DNA of 64,000 nucleotides. It comes from Eledone cirrhosa (Eukaryota). The notes under the pieces were generated by a model. It was given only the letters and a program-made list of their open reading frames with translations. It had not been told where the DNA came from and ran no database searches. A program made the translations under genes and the position numbers. The number at the start of each line of letters is the position of its first letter. The stretch's first letter is position 1. This document shows, in pieces, positions 14,000-26,600 of this stretch. Location: positions 13,764,001-13,828,000 of the forward strand of contig OZ024740.1 of NCBI GenBank assembly GCA_964016885.1, read 5' to 3'.

Positions 14000-16400
14000 T
14001 GTGTTGTATTAGATTGTTAATGTGTCTGTGTGTGCGTGTGTGTGTATGTATGTGTGTGTTGTATTAGATTGTTAATGTGTCTGTGTGTGCGTGTGTGTGT
14101 ATGTGTGTGTTTGTTGTATTAGCTTGTTAATGTGTCTGTGTGTGCGTGTGTGTGTATGTGTGTGTGTTGTATTAGATTGTTAATGTGTCTGTGTGTGCGT
14201 GTGTGTGTATGTGTGCGTGTTGTATTAGATTGTTAATGTGTCTGTGTGTGCGTGTGTGTGTATGTGTGTGTGTTGTATTAGATTGTTAATGTGTCTGTGT
14301 GTGCGTGTGTGTGTATGTGTGTGTGTGTTGTATTAGATTGTTAATGTGTCTGTGTGTGTATGTATGTGTGTTGTATTAGATTGTTAATGTGTCTGTGTGT
14401 GCGTGTGTGTGTATGTGTGTGTGTGTTGTATTAGATTGTTAATGTGTCTGTGTGTGCGTGTGTGTGTATGTGTGTGTGTTGTATTAGATTGTTAATGTGT
14501 CTGTGTGTGCGTGTGTGTGTGTATGTGTGTGTGTGTTGTATTAGATTGTTAATGTGTCTCTGTGTGCGTGTGTGTGTATGTGTGTGTGTTGTATTAGATT
14601 GTTAATGTGTCTGTGTGTGCGTGTGTGTGTATGTGTGTGTGTTGTATTAGATTGTTAATGTGTCTGTGTGTGCGTGTGTGTGTATGTGTGTGTGTGTTGT
14701 ATTAGATTGTTAATGTGTCTGTGTGTGCGTGTGTGTGTATGCGTGTGTGTTGTATTAGATTGTTAATGTGTCTGTGTGTGCGTGTGTGTGTATGTGTGTG
14801 TGTTGTATTAGATTGTTAATGTGTCTGCGTGTGCGTGTGTGTGTATCTGTGTGTTGTATTAGATTGTTAATATGTCTGCGTGTGCGTGTGTGTGTATGTG
14901 TGTGTGTTGTATTAGATTGTTAATGTGTCTGTGTGTGCGTGTGTGTGTATGTGTGTGTGTGTTGTATTAGATTGTTAATGTGTCTGTGTGTGCGTGTGTG
15001 TGTATGTGTGTGTGTTGTATTAGATTGTTAATGTGTCTGTGTGTGCGTGTGTGTGTGTATGTGTGTGTGTGTTGTATTAGATTGTTAATGTGTCTCTGTG
15101 TGCGTGTGTGTGTATGTGTGTGTGTTGTATTAGATTGTTAATGTGTCTGTGTGTGCGTGTGTGTGTATGTGTGTGTGTTGTATTAGATTGTTAATGTGTC
15201 TGTGTGTGCGTGTGTGTGTATGTGTGTGTGTTGTATTAGATTGTTAATGTGTCTGTGTGTGCGTGTGTGTGTATGTGTGTGTGTGTTGTATTAGATTGTT
15301 AATGTGTCTGTGTGTGCGTGTGTGTGTATGCGTGTGTGTTGTATTAGATTGTTAATGTGTCTGTGTGTGCGTGTGTGTGTATGTGTGTGTGTTGTATTAG
15401 ATTGTTAATGTGTCTGCGTGTGCGTGTGTGTGTATCTGTGTGTGTTGTATTAGATTGTTAATATGTCTGCGTGTGCGTGTGTGTGTATGTGTGTGTGTTG
15501 TATTAGATTGTTAATGTGTCTGTGTGTGCGTGTGTGTGTATGTGTGTGTGTGTTGTATTAGATTGTTAATGTGTCTGTGTGTGCGTGTGTGTGTATGTGT
15601 GTGTGTTGTATTTGATTGTTAATGTGTCTGTGTGTGCGTGTGTGTGTATGTGTGTGTGTTGTATTAGATTGTTAATGTGTCTGTGTGTGCGTGTGTGTGT
15701 ATGTGTGTGTGTGTTGTATTAGATTGTTAATGTGTCTGTGTGTGCGTGTGTGTGTATGTGTGTGTGTTGTATTAGATTGTTAATGTGTCTGTGTGTGCGT
15801 GTGTGTGTATGTGTGTGTGTTGTATTAGATTGTTAATGTGTCTGTGTGTGCGTGTGTGTGTATGTGTGTGTGTGTTGTATTAGATTGTTAATGTGTCTGT
15901 GTGTGCGTGTGTGTGTATGTGTGTGTGTGTTGTATTAGCTTGTTAATGTGTCTGTGTGTGCGTGTGTGTGTATGTGTGTGTGTGTTGTATTAGATTGTTA
16001 ATGTGTCTGTGTGTGCGTGTGTGTGTATGTGTGTGTGTTGTATTAGATTGTTAATGTGTCTGTGTGTGCGTGTGTGTGTATGTGTGTGTGTGTTGTATTA
16101 GATTGTTAATGTGTCTGTGTGTGCGTGTGTGTGTATGTGTGTGTGTTGTATTAGATTGTTAATGTGTCTGTGTGTGCGTGTGTGTGTATGTGTGTGTGTG
16201 TTGTATTAGATTGTTAATGTGTCTGTGTGTGCGTGTGTGTGTATGTGTGTGTGTTGTATTAGATTGTTAATGTGTCTGTGTGTGCGTGTGTGTGTATGTG
16301 TGTGTGTGTTGTATTAGCTTGTTAATGTGTCTGTGTGTGCGTGTGTGTGTATGTGTGTGTGTGTTGTATTAGATTGTTAATGTGTCTGTGTGTGCGTGTG
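14000..16400. repeat. minisatellite, ~54-58 bp unit GTTGTATTAGATTGTTAATGTGTCT(GT)nGC(GT)nAT(GT)n
   Basis: About 40-45 near-identical units with the anchor TTGTATTAGATTGTTAAT. Confidence 0.96.
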
Positions 16401-16464
16401 CAACCAAGACTGTCAATTACTCTATGTATCTATCTATCTAATATATATATATTATACACACACA

Positions 16465-16498
<34 letters not shown>

Positions 16499-16501
<3 letters not shown>

Positions 16502-16672
16502 GAGATTCTACAGGACTAGAACTGTTTCATTCTTTAGAAATCATCATATATATATATATATAAGATTCCTGATGATTTCTAAAGAATGAAACAGTTCTAG
16601 TCCTGTAGAATCTCATCTATATTAAAACTTAGTACCTTACCTACCTCAGATTCAACCCGGAATAACTTACCT
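16499..16672 (+). mobile_element. TA-embedded fold-back hammerhead element, family A (copy 1; Penelope-like pLTR/retrozyme-like)
   Basis: Inverted arms 16501-16545 and 16571-16615 are flanked and interrupted by (TA)n. Sequence matches 47318-47510, with internal deletions in the tail. Confidence 0.8.
16563..16613 (+). ncRNA. type I hammerhead ribozyme (family A)
   Basis: Stem I AGATTC/GAATCT; CTGATGA 16569-16575; stem II T-TTC-taaa-GAA-T; GAAA 16588-16591; stem III ACAG/CTGT; GUA cleavage triplet ending at 16607. Confidence 0.8.
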
Positions 16673-16697
16673 GTATATATACATTTTCCTATTCAAC

Positions 16698-19600
16698 TTA
16701 TATATATATATATATACATGTATGTATATATGTATGTATATATGTGTGTATATATGTGTGTATATATGTATGTATATATGTGTGTATATATGTGTGTATA
16801 TATGTGTGTATATATGTATGTATATATGTATGTATATATGTATGTATATATGTGTGTATATATGTGTGTATATATGTATGTATATATGTATGTATATATA
16901 TATGTACGTATATATGTATGTATATATGTATGTATATATATATGTATGTATATATGTGTGTATATATGTGTGTATATATGTGTGTATATATGTATGTATG
17001 TTGAATTGTTGAGGTTGATGGTGTGTCTGCGTAAAAACTACATTTGTATTGCACCGTGTTAACGTTTGTGTTTTCCCCTGTTTGCGTGTGAGTATGTGTG
17101 TGTGTATATATATGTATGTATGTTTGTGTGGTTGTGAGTGCCTAAGTGTGTGTGAGTATGTGTGTGTGTGTGTATATATGTATGTATGTTTGTGTGGTTG
17201 TGAGTGCCTAAGTGTGTGTGAGTATGTGTGTGTGTGTATATATATGTATGTATGTTTGTGTGGTTGTGAGTGCCTAAGTGTGTGTGAGTATGTGTGTGTG
17301 TGTATATATATATGTATGTATGTTTGTATGGTTGTGAGTGCCTAAGTGTGTGTGAGTATGTGTGTGTGTGTATATATATGTATGTATGTTTGTGTGGTTG
17401 TGAGTGCCTAAGTGTGTGTGAGTATGTGTGTGTGTGTGTATATATATATGTATGTATGTTTGTGTGGTTGTGAGTGCCTAAGTGTGTGTGTGTATGTGTG
17501 TGTGTGTATATATATGTATGTATGTTTGTGTGGTTGTGAGTGCCTAAGTGTGTGTGTGTATGTGTGTGTGTGTATATATATGTATGTATGTTTGTGTGGT
17601 TGTGAGTGCCTAAGTGTGTGTGTGTATGTTTGTGTGTATATATATGTATGTATGTTTGTGTGGTTGTGAGTGCCTAAGTGTGTGTGTGTATGTGTGTGTG
17701 TGTATATATATGTATGTATGTTTGTGTGGTTGTGAGTGCCTAAGTGTGTGTGAGTATGTGTGTGTGTGTGTATATATGTATGTATGTTTGTGTGGTTGTG
17801 AGTGCCTAAGTGTGTGTGAGTATGTGTATATGTATGTATATATGTATGTATATATGTATGAATATATATATGTATGTATATATGTATATATATATGTGTG
17901 TATATATGTGTGTATATATGTATGTATATATGTGTGTATATATGTGTGTATATATGTATGTATATATGTGTGTATATATGTGTGTATATATGTATGTATA
18001 TATGTATGTATATATGTATGTATATATGTGTGTATATATGTGTGTATATATGTATGTATATATGTATGTATATATATATGTACGTATATATGTATGTATA
18101 TATGTATGTATATATATATGTATGTATATATGTGTGTATATATGTGTGTATATATGTGTGTATATATGTATGTATGTTGAATTGTTGAGGTTGATGGTGT
18201 GTCTGCGTAAAAACTACATTTGTATTGCACCGTGTTAACGTTTGTGTTTTCCCCTGTTTGCGTGTGAGTATGTGTGTGTGTATATATATGTATGTATGTT
18301 TGTGTGGTTGTGAGTGCCTAAGTGTGTGTGAGTATGTGTGTGTGTGTGTATATATGTATGTATGTTTGTGTGGTTGTGAGTGCCTAAGTGTGTGTGAGTA
18401 TGTGTGTGTGTGTATATATATGTATGTATGTTTGTGTGGTTGTGAGTGCCTAAGTGTGTGTGAGTATGTGTGTGTGTGTATATATATGTATGTATGTTTG
18501 TGTGGTTGTGAGTGCCTAAGTGTGTGTGAGTATGTGTGTGTGTGTATATATATGTATGTATGTTTGTGTGGTTGTGAGTGCCTAAGTGTGTGTGAGTATG
18601 TGTGTGTGTATATATATGTATGTATGTTTGTGTGGTTGTGAGTGCCTAAGTGTGTGTGAGTATGTGTGTGTGTGTGTATATATGTATGTATGTTTGTGTG
18701 GTTGTGAGTGCCTAAGTGTGTGTGAGTATGTGTGTGTGTGTATATATATGTATGTATGTTTGTGTGGTTGTGAGTGCCTAAGTGTGTGTGAGTATGTGTG
18801 TGTGTGTATATATATATGTATGTATGTTTGTGTGGTTGTGAGTGCCTAAGTGTGTGTGTGTATGTGTGTATATATATGTATGTATGTTTGTGTGGTTGTG
18901 AGTGCCTAAGTGTGTGTGTGTATGTGTGTATATATATGTATATATGTTTGTGTGGTTGTGAGTGCCTAAGTGTGTGTGAGTATGTGTGTGTGTATATATA
19001 TATGTATGTATGTTTGTGTGGTTGTGAGTGCCTAAGTATGTGTGTGTATGTGTGTATGTGTATATATATGTATGTATGTTTGTGTGGTTGTGAGTGCCTA
19101 AGTGTGTGTGAGTATGTGTGTGTGTATGTTTGTGTGGTTGTGAGTGCCTAAGTGTGTGTGTGTATGTGTGTATGTGTGTATATATGTATGTATGTTTGTC
19201 TGGTTGTGAGTGCCTAAGTGTGTGTGAGTATGTGTGTGTGTGTGTATATATGTATGTATGTTTGTGTGGTTGTGAGTGCCTAAGTGTGTGTGAGTATGTG
19301 TGTGTGTATATATATATGTATGTATGTTTGTGTGGTTGTGAGTGCCTAAGTGTGTGTGTGTATGTGTGTATGTGTGTATATATGTATGTATGTTTGTGTG
19401 GTTGTGAGTGCCTAAGTATGTGTGTGTATGTGTGTATGTGTATATATATGTATGTATGTTTGTGTGGTTGTGAGTGCCTAAGTGTGTGTGAGTATGTGTG
19501 TGTGTGTGTATATATGTATGTATGTTTGTGTGGTTGTGAGTGCCTAAGTGTGTGTGTGTATGTGTGTGTGTGTATATATATGTATATATGTTTGTGTGGT

Positions 19601-19850
19601 TGTGAGTGCCTAAGTGTGTGTGAGTATGTGTATGTGTGTATATATGTATGTATGTTTGTGTGGTTGTGAGTGCCTAAGTGTGTGTGTGTATGTGTGTATG
19701 TGTGTATATATGTATGTATGTTTGTGTGGTTGTGAGTGCCTAAGTATGTGTGTGTATGTGTGTATGTGTGTATATATGTGTATGGATGTTTGTGTGGTTG
19801 TGAGTGCCTAAGTGTGTGTGTGTATGTGTGTATGTGTGTATGTGTGTGTG
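16698..19850. repeat. 12-bp TATATATGT(A/G)TG repeats plus a ~60-68 bp minisatellite (TGTTTGTGTGGTTGTGAGTGCCTAAG anchor), with a 1176-bp block duplication
   Basis: The unique segment TTGAATTGTTGAGGTTGATG...TTTCCCCTG occurs at 17001 and 18177. The GAGTGCCTAAG anchor is repeated about 40 times. Confidence 0.93.
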
Positions 19851-20088
19851 TGTGTTTGTGAGTGCAACTGTCGCTAAACTGTTGTACTGCCTGTGTGTGT
19901 GTGTTTGTGTGTGTGTGTATGTGTGTGCACCTGTCGAATGTTGCAGATAAGATGTATATGTGTGTGTGTATATGTGATATGTGTGTGTGTAGTGCATGTA
20001 CGTGTGTGTATGTGTGTGTAGTGTATGTGTATGTGTTTAGTGTATATTCAGCTAAATAAGTTGCATTGTGTGTGTGGGTGTATATGTA

Positions 20089-20122
<34 letters not shown>

Positions 20123-20635
20123 ATATGTGTGTGTAGTTTATGTGTGTGTGTGTATGCAGCTTCCGACTATTACATTATGTGTGTGTGTGTAAGGGTTGTT
20201 AGTGTGTGTGTGTTAATGTGTGTGTATGGGTTGTTAGTGTGTGTGTTAATGTGTGTGTGTGTAAGGGTTGTTAGTGTGTGTGTAAGGGTTGTTGGTGTGC
20301 TGTAATGCAGTGTGTGTGTAGCTGTTGACTGCACTCTCATTGCGTGTGTGTATGTGTATATGTCAGTGTGTATGAGTCAGTGTGTATGTGTGTATGTCAG
20401 TGTGTATGTCTGTGCGTATGTGTGTATGTCAGTGAATATGTGTATGTGTATGGGTGTATGTCAGTGTGTATGTGTATGTGTATGTCAGTGTGTATGTGTG
20501 TGTGTATGTTTGTATGTCAGTGTGTATGTGTATGTGCAGCTACTACTGTTGATAGTTGTATGTGTAGATAGCACTACTGATTGTGTTGCTGCCAGTAATG
20601 TGTTATATGGGTAGCAACGGTTGTTGTATTGATCC

Positions 20636-23600
20636 TGTAGCTCTACATTGGTCTCTACACAGTTGGTCTGTAGCTCTACATTGACCACTTGTCTCTACAC
20701 AGTTAGTCTGTAGCTCTACGTTGACCACTTGTCTCTACACAGTTGGTCTGCAGCTCTAAATTGACCACATGTCTCTACACAGTTGGTCTGTAGCTCAAAT
20801 ATTGACCTTTATGTCTCTATACCGTTGGTCTGTAGCTCTACATTGACCACATGTCTCTACACAGTTGGTCTGTAGCTCTAAATTGACCACATGTCTCTAC
20901 ACAGTTGTTCTGTAGCTCTACATTGATCACATGTCTCTACACAGTTGCTCTGTAGCTCTGCATTGACCACATGTCTCTACACAGTTTGTCTATAGCTCTA
21001 CATTGACCTTTATGTCTCTACACAGTTGGTCTGTAGCTCTACATTGACCACATGTCTCTACACAGTTGGTCTGTATCTCTACATTGACCATATGTCTCTA
21101 CACAGTTGGTCTATAGATCTACATTTTTCACATGTCTCTCCACAGATGGTCTGTAGCTCTACATTAACCAGATGTCTCTACATAGTTGGTCTGTAGCTCT
21201 AATTTGACTACATGTCTCTACACAGTTGGTCTGTAGCTCTACATTAGTCACATGTCTCTACACAGCTGGTCTGTAGGTCTACATTGGTCACATGTCCCTA
21301 CACAGTTGGTCTGTAGCTCTACATTGTCCACATGTCTCTACACAGTTGGGCTGTAGCTCTACATTGACCTTTATGTCTCTACACAGTTGGTCAGTAACTC
21401 TACATTGACCACATGTCTCTACACAGTTGGTCTGTAGCTCTACATTGACCACATGTCTCTACACAGTTTGTCTGTAGCTTTACATTAGTCACATGTCTCT
21501 ACACAGTTAGTCTGTAGCTCTACATTAACCAGATGTCTCTACATAGTTGGTCTCTAGCTCTACATTGACTACATGTCTCTACACAGTTGGTCTGTAGCTC
21601 TACATTGACCTCATGTCTCTACACAGTTGGTTTGTATCTCTAGATTGACCACACGTCTCTACACAGTTTCTCTGTAGCTCTACATTGACCACATGTCTCT
21701 ACACAGCTGGTCTGTAGCTCTACGTTAGTCACATGTCTCTACACAGTTGGTCTGTAGCTCTACATTGACCTCATGTCTCTACACAGTTGGTCTGTAGCTC
21801 TACATTGACCTTTATGTCTCTACACAGTTGGTCTGTAGCTCTACATTGACCACATGTCTCTATACAGTTGGTCTGTAGCTCTACATTGACCACATGTCTC
21901 TACACAGTTGGTATGTAGCACTACATTGATCACATGTTTCTACACAGTTGGTCTGTAGCTCTACATTGGTCACATGCCTCTACACAGTTGGTCTGTAGCT
22001 CTACATTGGTCACATGTCTCTACACATTTGGTCTGTAGCTCTACATTGGCCTCATGTCTCTACACAGTTGGTCTGTAGCTCTACATTGACCACATGTCTC
22101 TACACAGTTGGTATGTAGCTCTACATTGACCACTTGTCTCTACACAGTTGGTCTGCAGCTCTACATTGACCACATGTCTCTACACAGCTGGTCTGTAGCT
22201 CTACATTGGTCACATGTCTCTACACAGTTGGTCTGTAGCTCTACATTGTCCACTTGTCTCTACAAAGTTGGTCTGTAGCTGTACATTGAGCTTTATGTCT
22301 CTATACAGTTGGTCTGTAGCTCTACATTGACCACATGTCTCTACACAGTTGGTCTGTAGCTCTACATTGACCACATGTCTCTACACAGTTCGTCTGTAGC
22401 TCTGCATTGACCACATGTCTCTACACAGTTGGTCTGTAACTCTACATTGACGACATGTCTCTACACAGTTGGTCTATAGCTCTACATTTTCACATGTCTC
22501 TACACAGTTGGTCTGTAGGTCTACATTAACCAGATGTCTCTACATAGTTGGTCTGTAGATCTACATTAGTCACATGTCTTTACACAGCTGGTCTGTAGCT
22601 CTACATTGGTATCATGTCCCTACACGGTTGGTCTGTAGCTCTACATTGTCCACATGTCCCTACACAGTTGGTCTGTAGCTCTACATTGACCTTTATGTCT
22701 CTACACAGTTGGTCAGTATCTCTACATTGACCACATGTCTCTACACAGATCGTCTGTAGCTCTACATTTACCACATGTCTCTACACAGTTGGTCTGTAAC
22801 TCTACATTGACCACATGTCTCTACACAGTTGGTCTGTAGCTTTACATTAGTCACATGTCTCTACACAGTTAGTCTGTAGCTCTACATTAACCAAATGTCT
22901 CTACATAGTTGGTCTGTAGCTCTACATTGACTACATGTCTCTACACAGTTGGTCTGTAGCTCTACATTAGTCACATGTCTCTACACAGTTGGTCTGTAGC
23001 TCTACATTGACCTCATGTCTCTAGACTGTTGGTTTGTAGCTCTAGATTGACCACATGTCTCTACACAGTTGCTCTGTAGCTCTACGTTGACCACATGTCT
23101 CTACAAAGTTGGTTTGTAGCTCTACATTGGTCACATGTCCCTACACAGTTGGTCTGTAGCTCTACATTGTCCACATGTCTCTACACAGTTGGTTTGTAGC
23201 TCAACATTAGTCACATGTTTCTACACAGTTGGTCTGTAGCTCCACATTGACCACATGTCTCTACACAGTTGGTCTGTAGCTCTACATTCACCTGTATGTC
23301 TCTACACAGTTGGTCTGTAGCTCTACATTGACCACATGTCTCTACACAGTTGGTCTGTAGCTCTACATTGACCACATGTCTCTACACAGTTGGTCTGTAG
23401 CACTACATTGATCACATGTTTCTACACAGTTGGTCTGTAGCTCTACATTGGTCACATGCCTCTACACAGTTGGTCTGTAGCTCTACGTTGGTCACATGTC
23501 TCTACACATTTGGTCTGTAGCTCTACATTGACCTCATGTCTCTACACAGTTGGTCTGTAGCTCTACATTGACCACATGTCTCTACACAGTTGGTCTGTAG

Positions 23601-26600
23601 CTCTACATTGACCACTTGTCTCTACACAGTTGGTCTGCAGCTCTACATTGACCACATGTCTCTACACAGCTGGTCTGTAGCTCTACATTGGTCACATGTC
23701 CCTACACAGTTGGTCTGTAGCTCTACATTGACCACATGTCTCTGCACAGCTGGTCTGTAGCTCTACATTGGTAACATGTCTCTACACAGTTGGTCTGTAG
23801 CTCTACATTGTCCACTTGTCTCTACAAAGTTGGTCTATAGCTGTACATTGACCTTTATGTCTCTATACAGTTGGTCTGTAGCTCTACATTGACCACATGT
23901 CTCTACACAGTTGGTCTGTAGCTCTACATTGACCACATGTCTCTACACAGTTGGTCTGTAGCTCTACATTGACCACATGTCTCTACACAGTTGGTCTGTA
24001 ACTCTACATTGACCACATGTCTCTACACAGTTGGTCAATAGCTCTACATTTTCACATGTCTCTACACAGTTGGTCTGTAGCTCTACATTAGTCACATGTC
24101 TCTAAACAGTTGGTCTGTAGGTCTACATTAACCAGATGTCTCTACATAGTTAGTCTGTAGATCTACATTAGTCACCTGTCTCTACACAGCTGGTCTGTAG
24201 CTCTACATTGGTGTCATGTCCCTACACGGTTGGTCTGTAGCTCTACATTGTCCACATGTCTCTACACAGTTGGTCTGTAGCTCTACATTGACCTTTATGT
24301 CTCTACACAGTTGGTCAGTATCTCTACATTGACCACATGTCTCTACACAGTTCGTCTGTAGCTCTACATTTACCACATGTCTCTACACAGTTGGTCTGTA
24401 ACTCTACATTGACCACATGTCTCTACACAGTTGGTCTGTAGCTCTACATTAGTCACATGTCTCTACACAGTTGGTCTGTAGCTCTACATTGACCTCATGT
24501 CTCTAGACAGTTGGTTTGTAGCTCTAGATTGACCACATGTCTCTACACAGTTGCTCTGTAGCTCTACATTGACGACATGTCTCTACACAGTTGGTTTGTA
24601 GCTCAACATTGGTCAAATGTCCCTACACAGTTGGTCTGTAGCTCTACATTGTCCACATGTCTCTACATAGTTGGTCTGTAGCTCTACATTGACCTCATGT
24701 ATCTACGCAGTTGGTTTGTAGCTCTAGATTGACCACATATCTCTACACAGTTGGTCTGTAGCTTTACATTGATCACATGTCTCTACACAGTGGGTCTGTA
24801 GCTCTACATTGACCACATGTCTCTAAACAGTTGGTCTGTAGCTTTACATTGACCACATGTCTCTACACAGTTGGTCTGTAGCTCTCCATTGACCACATGT
24901 CTCTACACAGTTGGTCTGTAGATCTACATTGACCACATGTCTCTACACAGTTGGTCTGTAGCTCTACATTGACCACATGTCTCTACAGAGTTGTGCTGTA
25001 GCTCTATATTGATCACATGTCTCTACACAGTTGTTCTGTAGATCTACATTAGTCACATGTCTCTACACAGTTGGTCTGTAGCTCTACATTGACCTCATGT
25101 CTCTACACAGTTGGTTTGTAGCTCTACCTTGACCTTTATGTCTCTACACAGTTGGTCTGTAGCTCTACATTGACCACATGTCTCTACACAGTTGGTTTGT
25201 AGCTCTACATTAGTAACATTTCTCTACACACTTGTTCTGTAGATCTACATTAGTCACATGTCTCTACACAGTTGGTTTGTAGATCTACATTGACCTCATA
25301 TCTCTACACAGTTGGTCTGTAGCTCTACATTTACCTCATGTCTCTACGCAGTTGGTTTGTAGCTCTAGATAGACCACATGTCTCTACACAGTTGGTCTGT
25401 AGCTCTACATTGACCACATGTCTCTTCACAGTTGGTTTGTAGGTCTAGATTGACCACATGTCTCTATACGGTTGGTCTGTAGCTCTACGTTGACCACATG
25501 TCTCTTCACAGTTGGTTTGTAGCTCTAGATTGACCACATGTCTCTACACAGTTGGTCTGTAGCTCTACATTGACCACATGTCCCTACACAGTTGGTCTGT
25601 AGCTCTACATTGACCACATGTCTCAACACAGTTGTTCTGTAGCTCTATATTGATCACATGTCTCTACACAGTTGGTCTGTAGATCTACATTAGTCACATG
25701 TCTCTACACAGATGTTCTGTAGCTTTACATTGACCTCATGTCTCTACACAGTTGGTCTGTAGCTCTATACTGACCTCATGTCTCTACACAGTTGGTCTGT
25801 AGCTCTATATTGATCACATGTCTCTACACAGTTGGTCTGTAGCTCTACATTGACCACATGTCTCAACACAGTTGTTTTGTAGCTCTATATTGATCACATG
25901 TCTCTACACAGTTAGTCTGTAGATCTACATTAGTCACATGTCTCTACGCAGTTGGTCTGTAGCTTTACATTGACCTCATGTCTCTACACAGTTGTTTTGT
26001 AGCTCTGGATTGAACACATGTCTCTACACAGTTGGTCTGTAGCTCTACATTGACCACATGTCTCTACACAGCTGGTCTGTAGCTCTACATTCGTCACATG
26101 TCCCTACACAGTTGGTCTCTAGCTCTAGATTGACCACATGTCTCTACACAGTTGGTCTGTAGCTCTACATTAGTCACATGTCTCTACACAGTTGGTCTGT
26201 AGCTCTAAATTGATCTTTATGTCTCTACACAGTTGGTCTGTAGCTCTACATTGACCACACGTCTCTACACAGTTGGTCTGTAGCTCTATATTGATAACAT
26301 GTCTGTACACAGTTGGTCTGTAGCTCTACATTGACCACATGTCTCAACACAGTTGTTCTGTAGCTCTATATTGATCACATGTCTCTACACAGTTGGTCTG
26401 TAGATCTACATTAGTCACATGTCTTTACACAGTTGGTCTGTAGCTTTACATTGACCTCATGTCTCTACACTGTTGGTCTGTAGCTCTACATTGACCTCAT
26501 GTCTCTACACAGTTGTTTTGTAGCTCTGGATTGAACACATGTTTCTACACAGTTGGTCTGTAGCTCTCCATTGGTCACATGTCCCTACACAGTTGGTCTC

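Noticed and set aside
2-19997. Long Cys/Val- or His/Thr-rich ORFs
   Set aside because: They are translations of GT-rich repeats, open in several frames at once, with no protein-like complexity.
20190-20295. TAAGGGTTGTTAG motifs resembling telomeric TTAGGG
   Set aside because: Only 3-4 degenerate, non-tandem occurrences.
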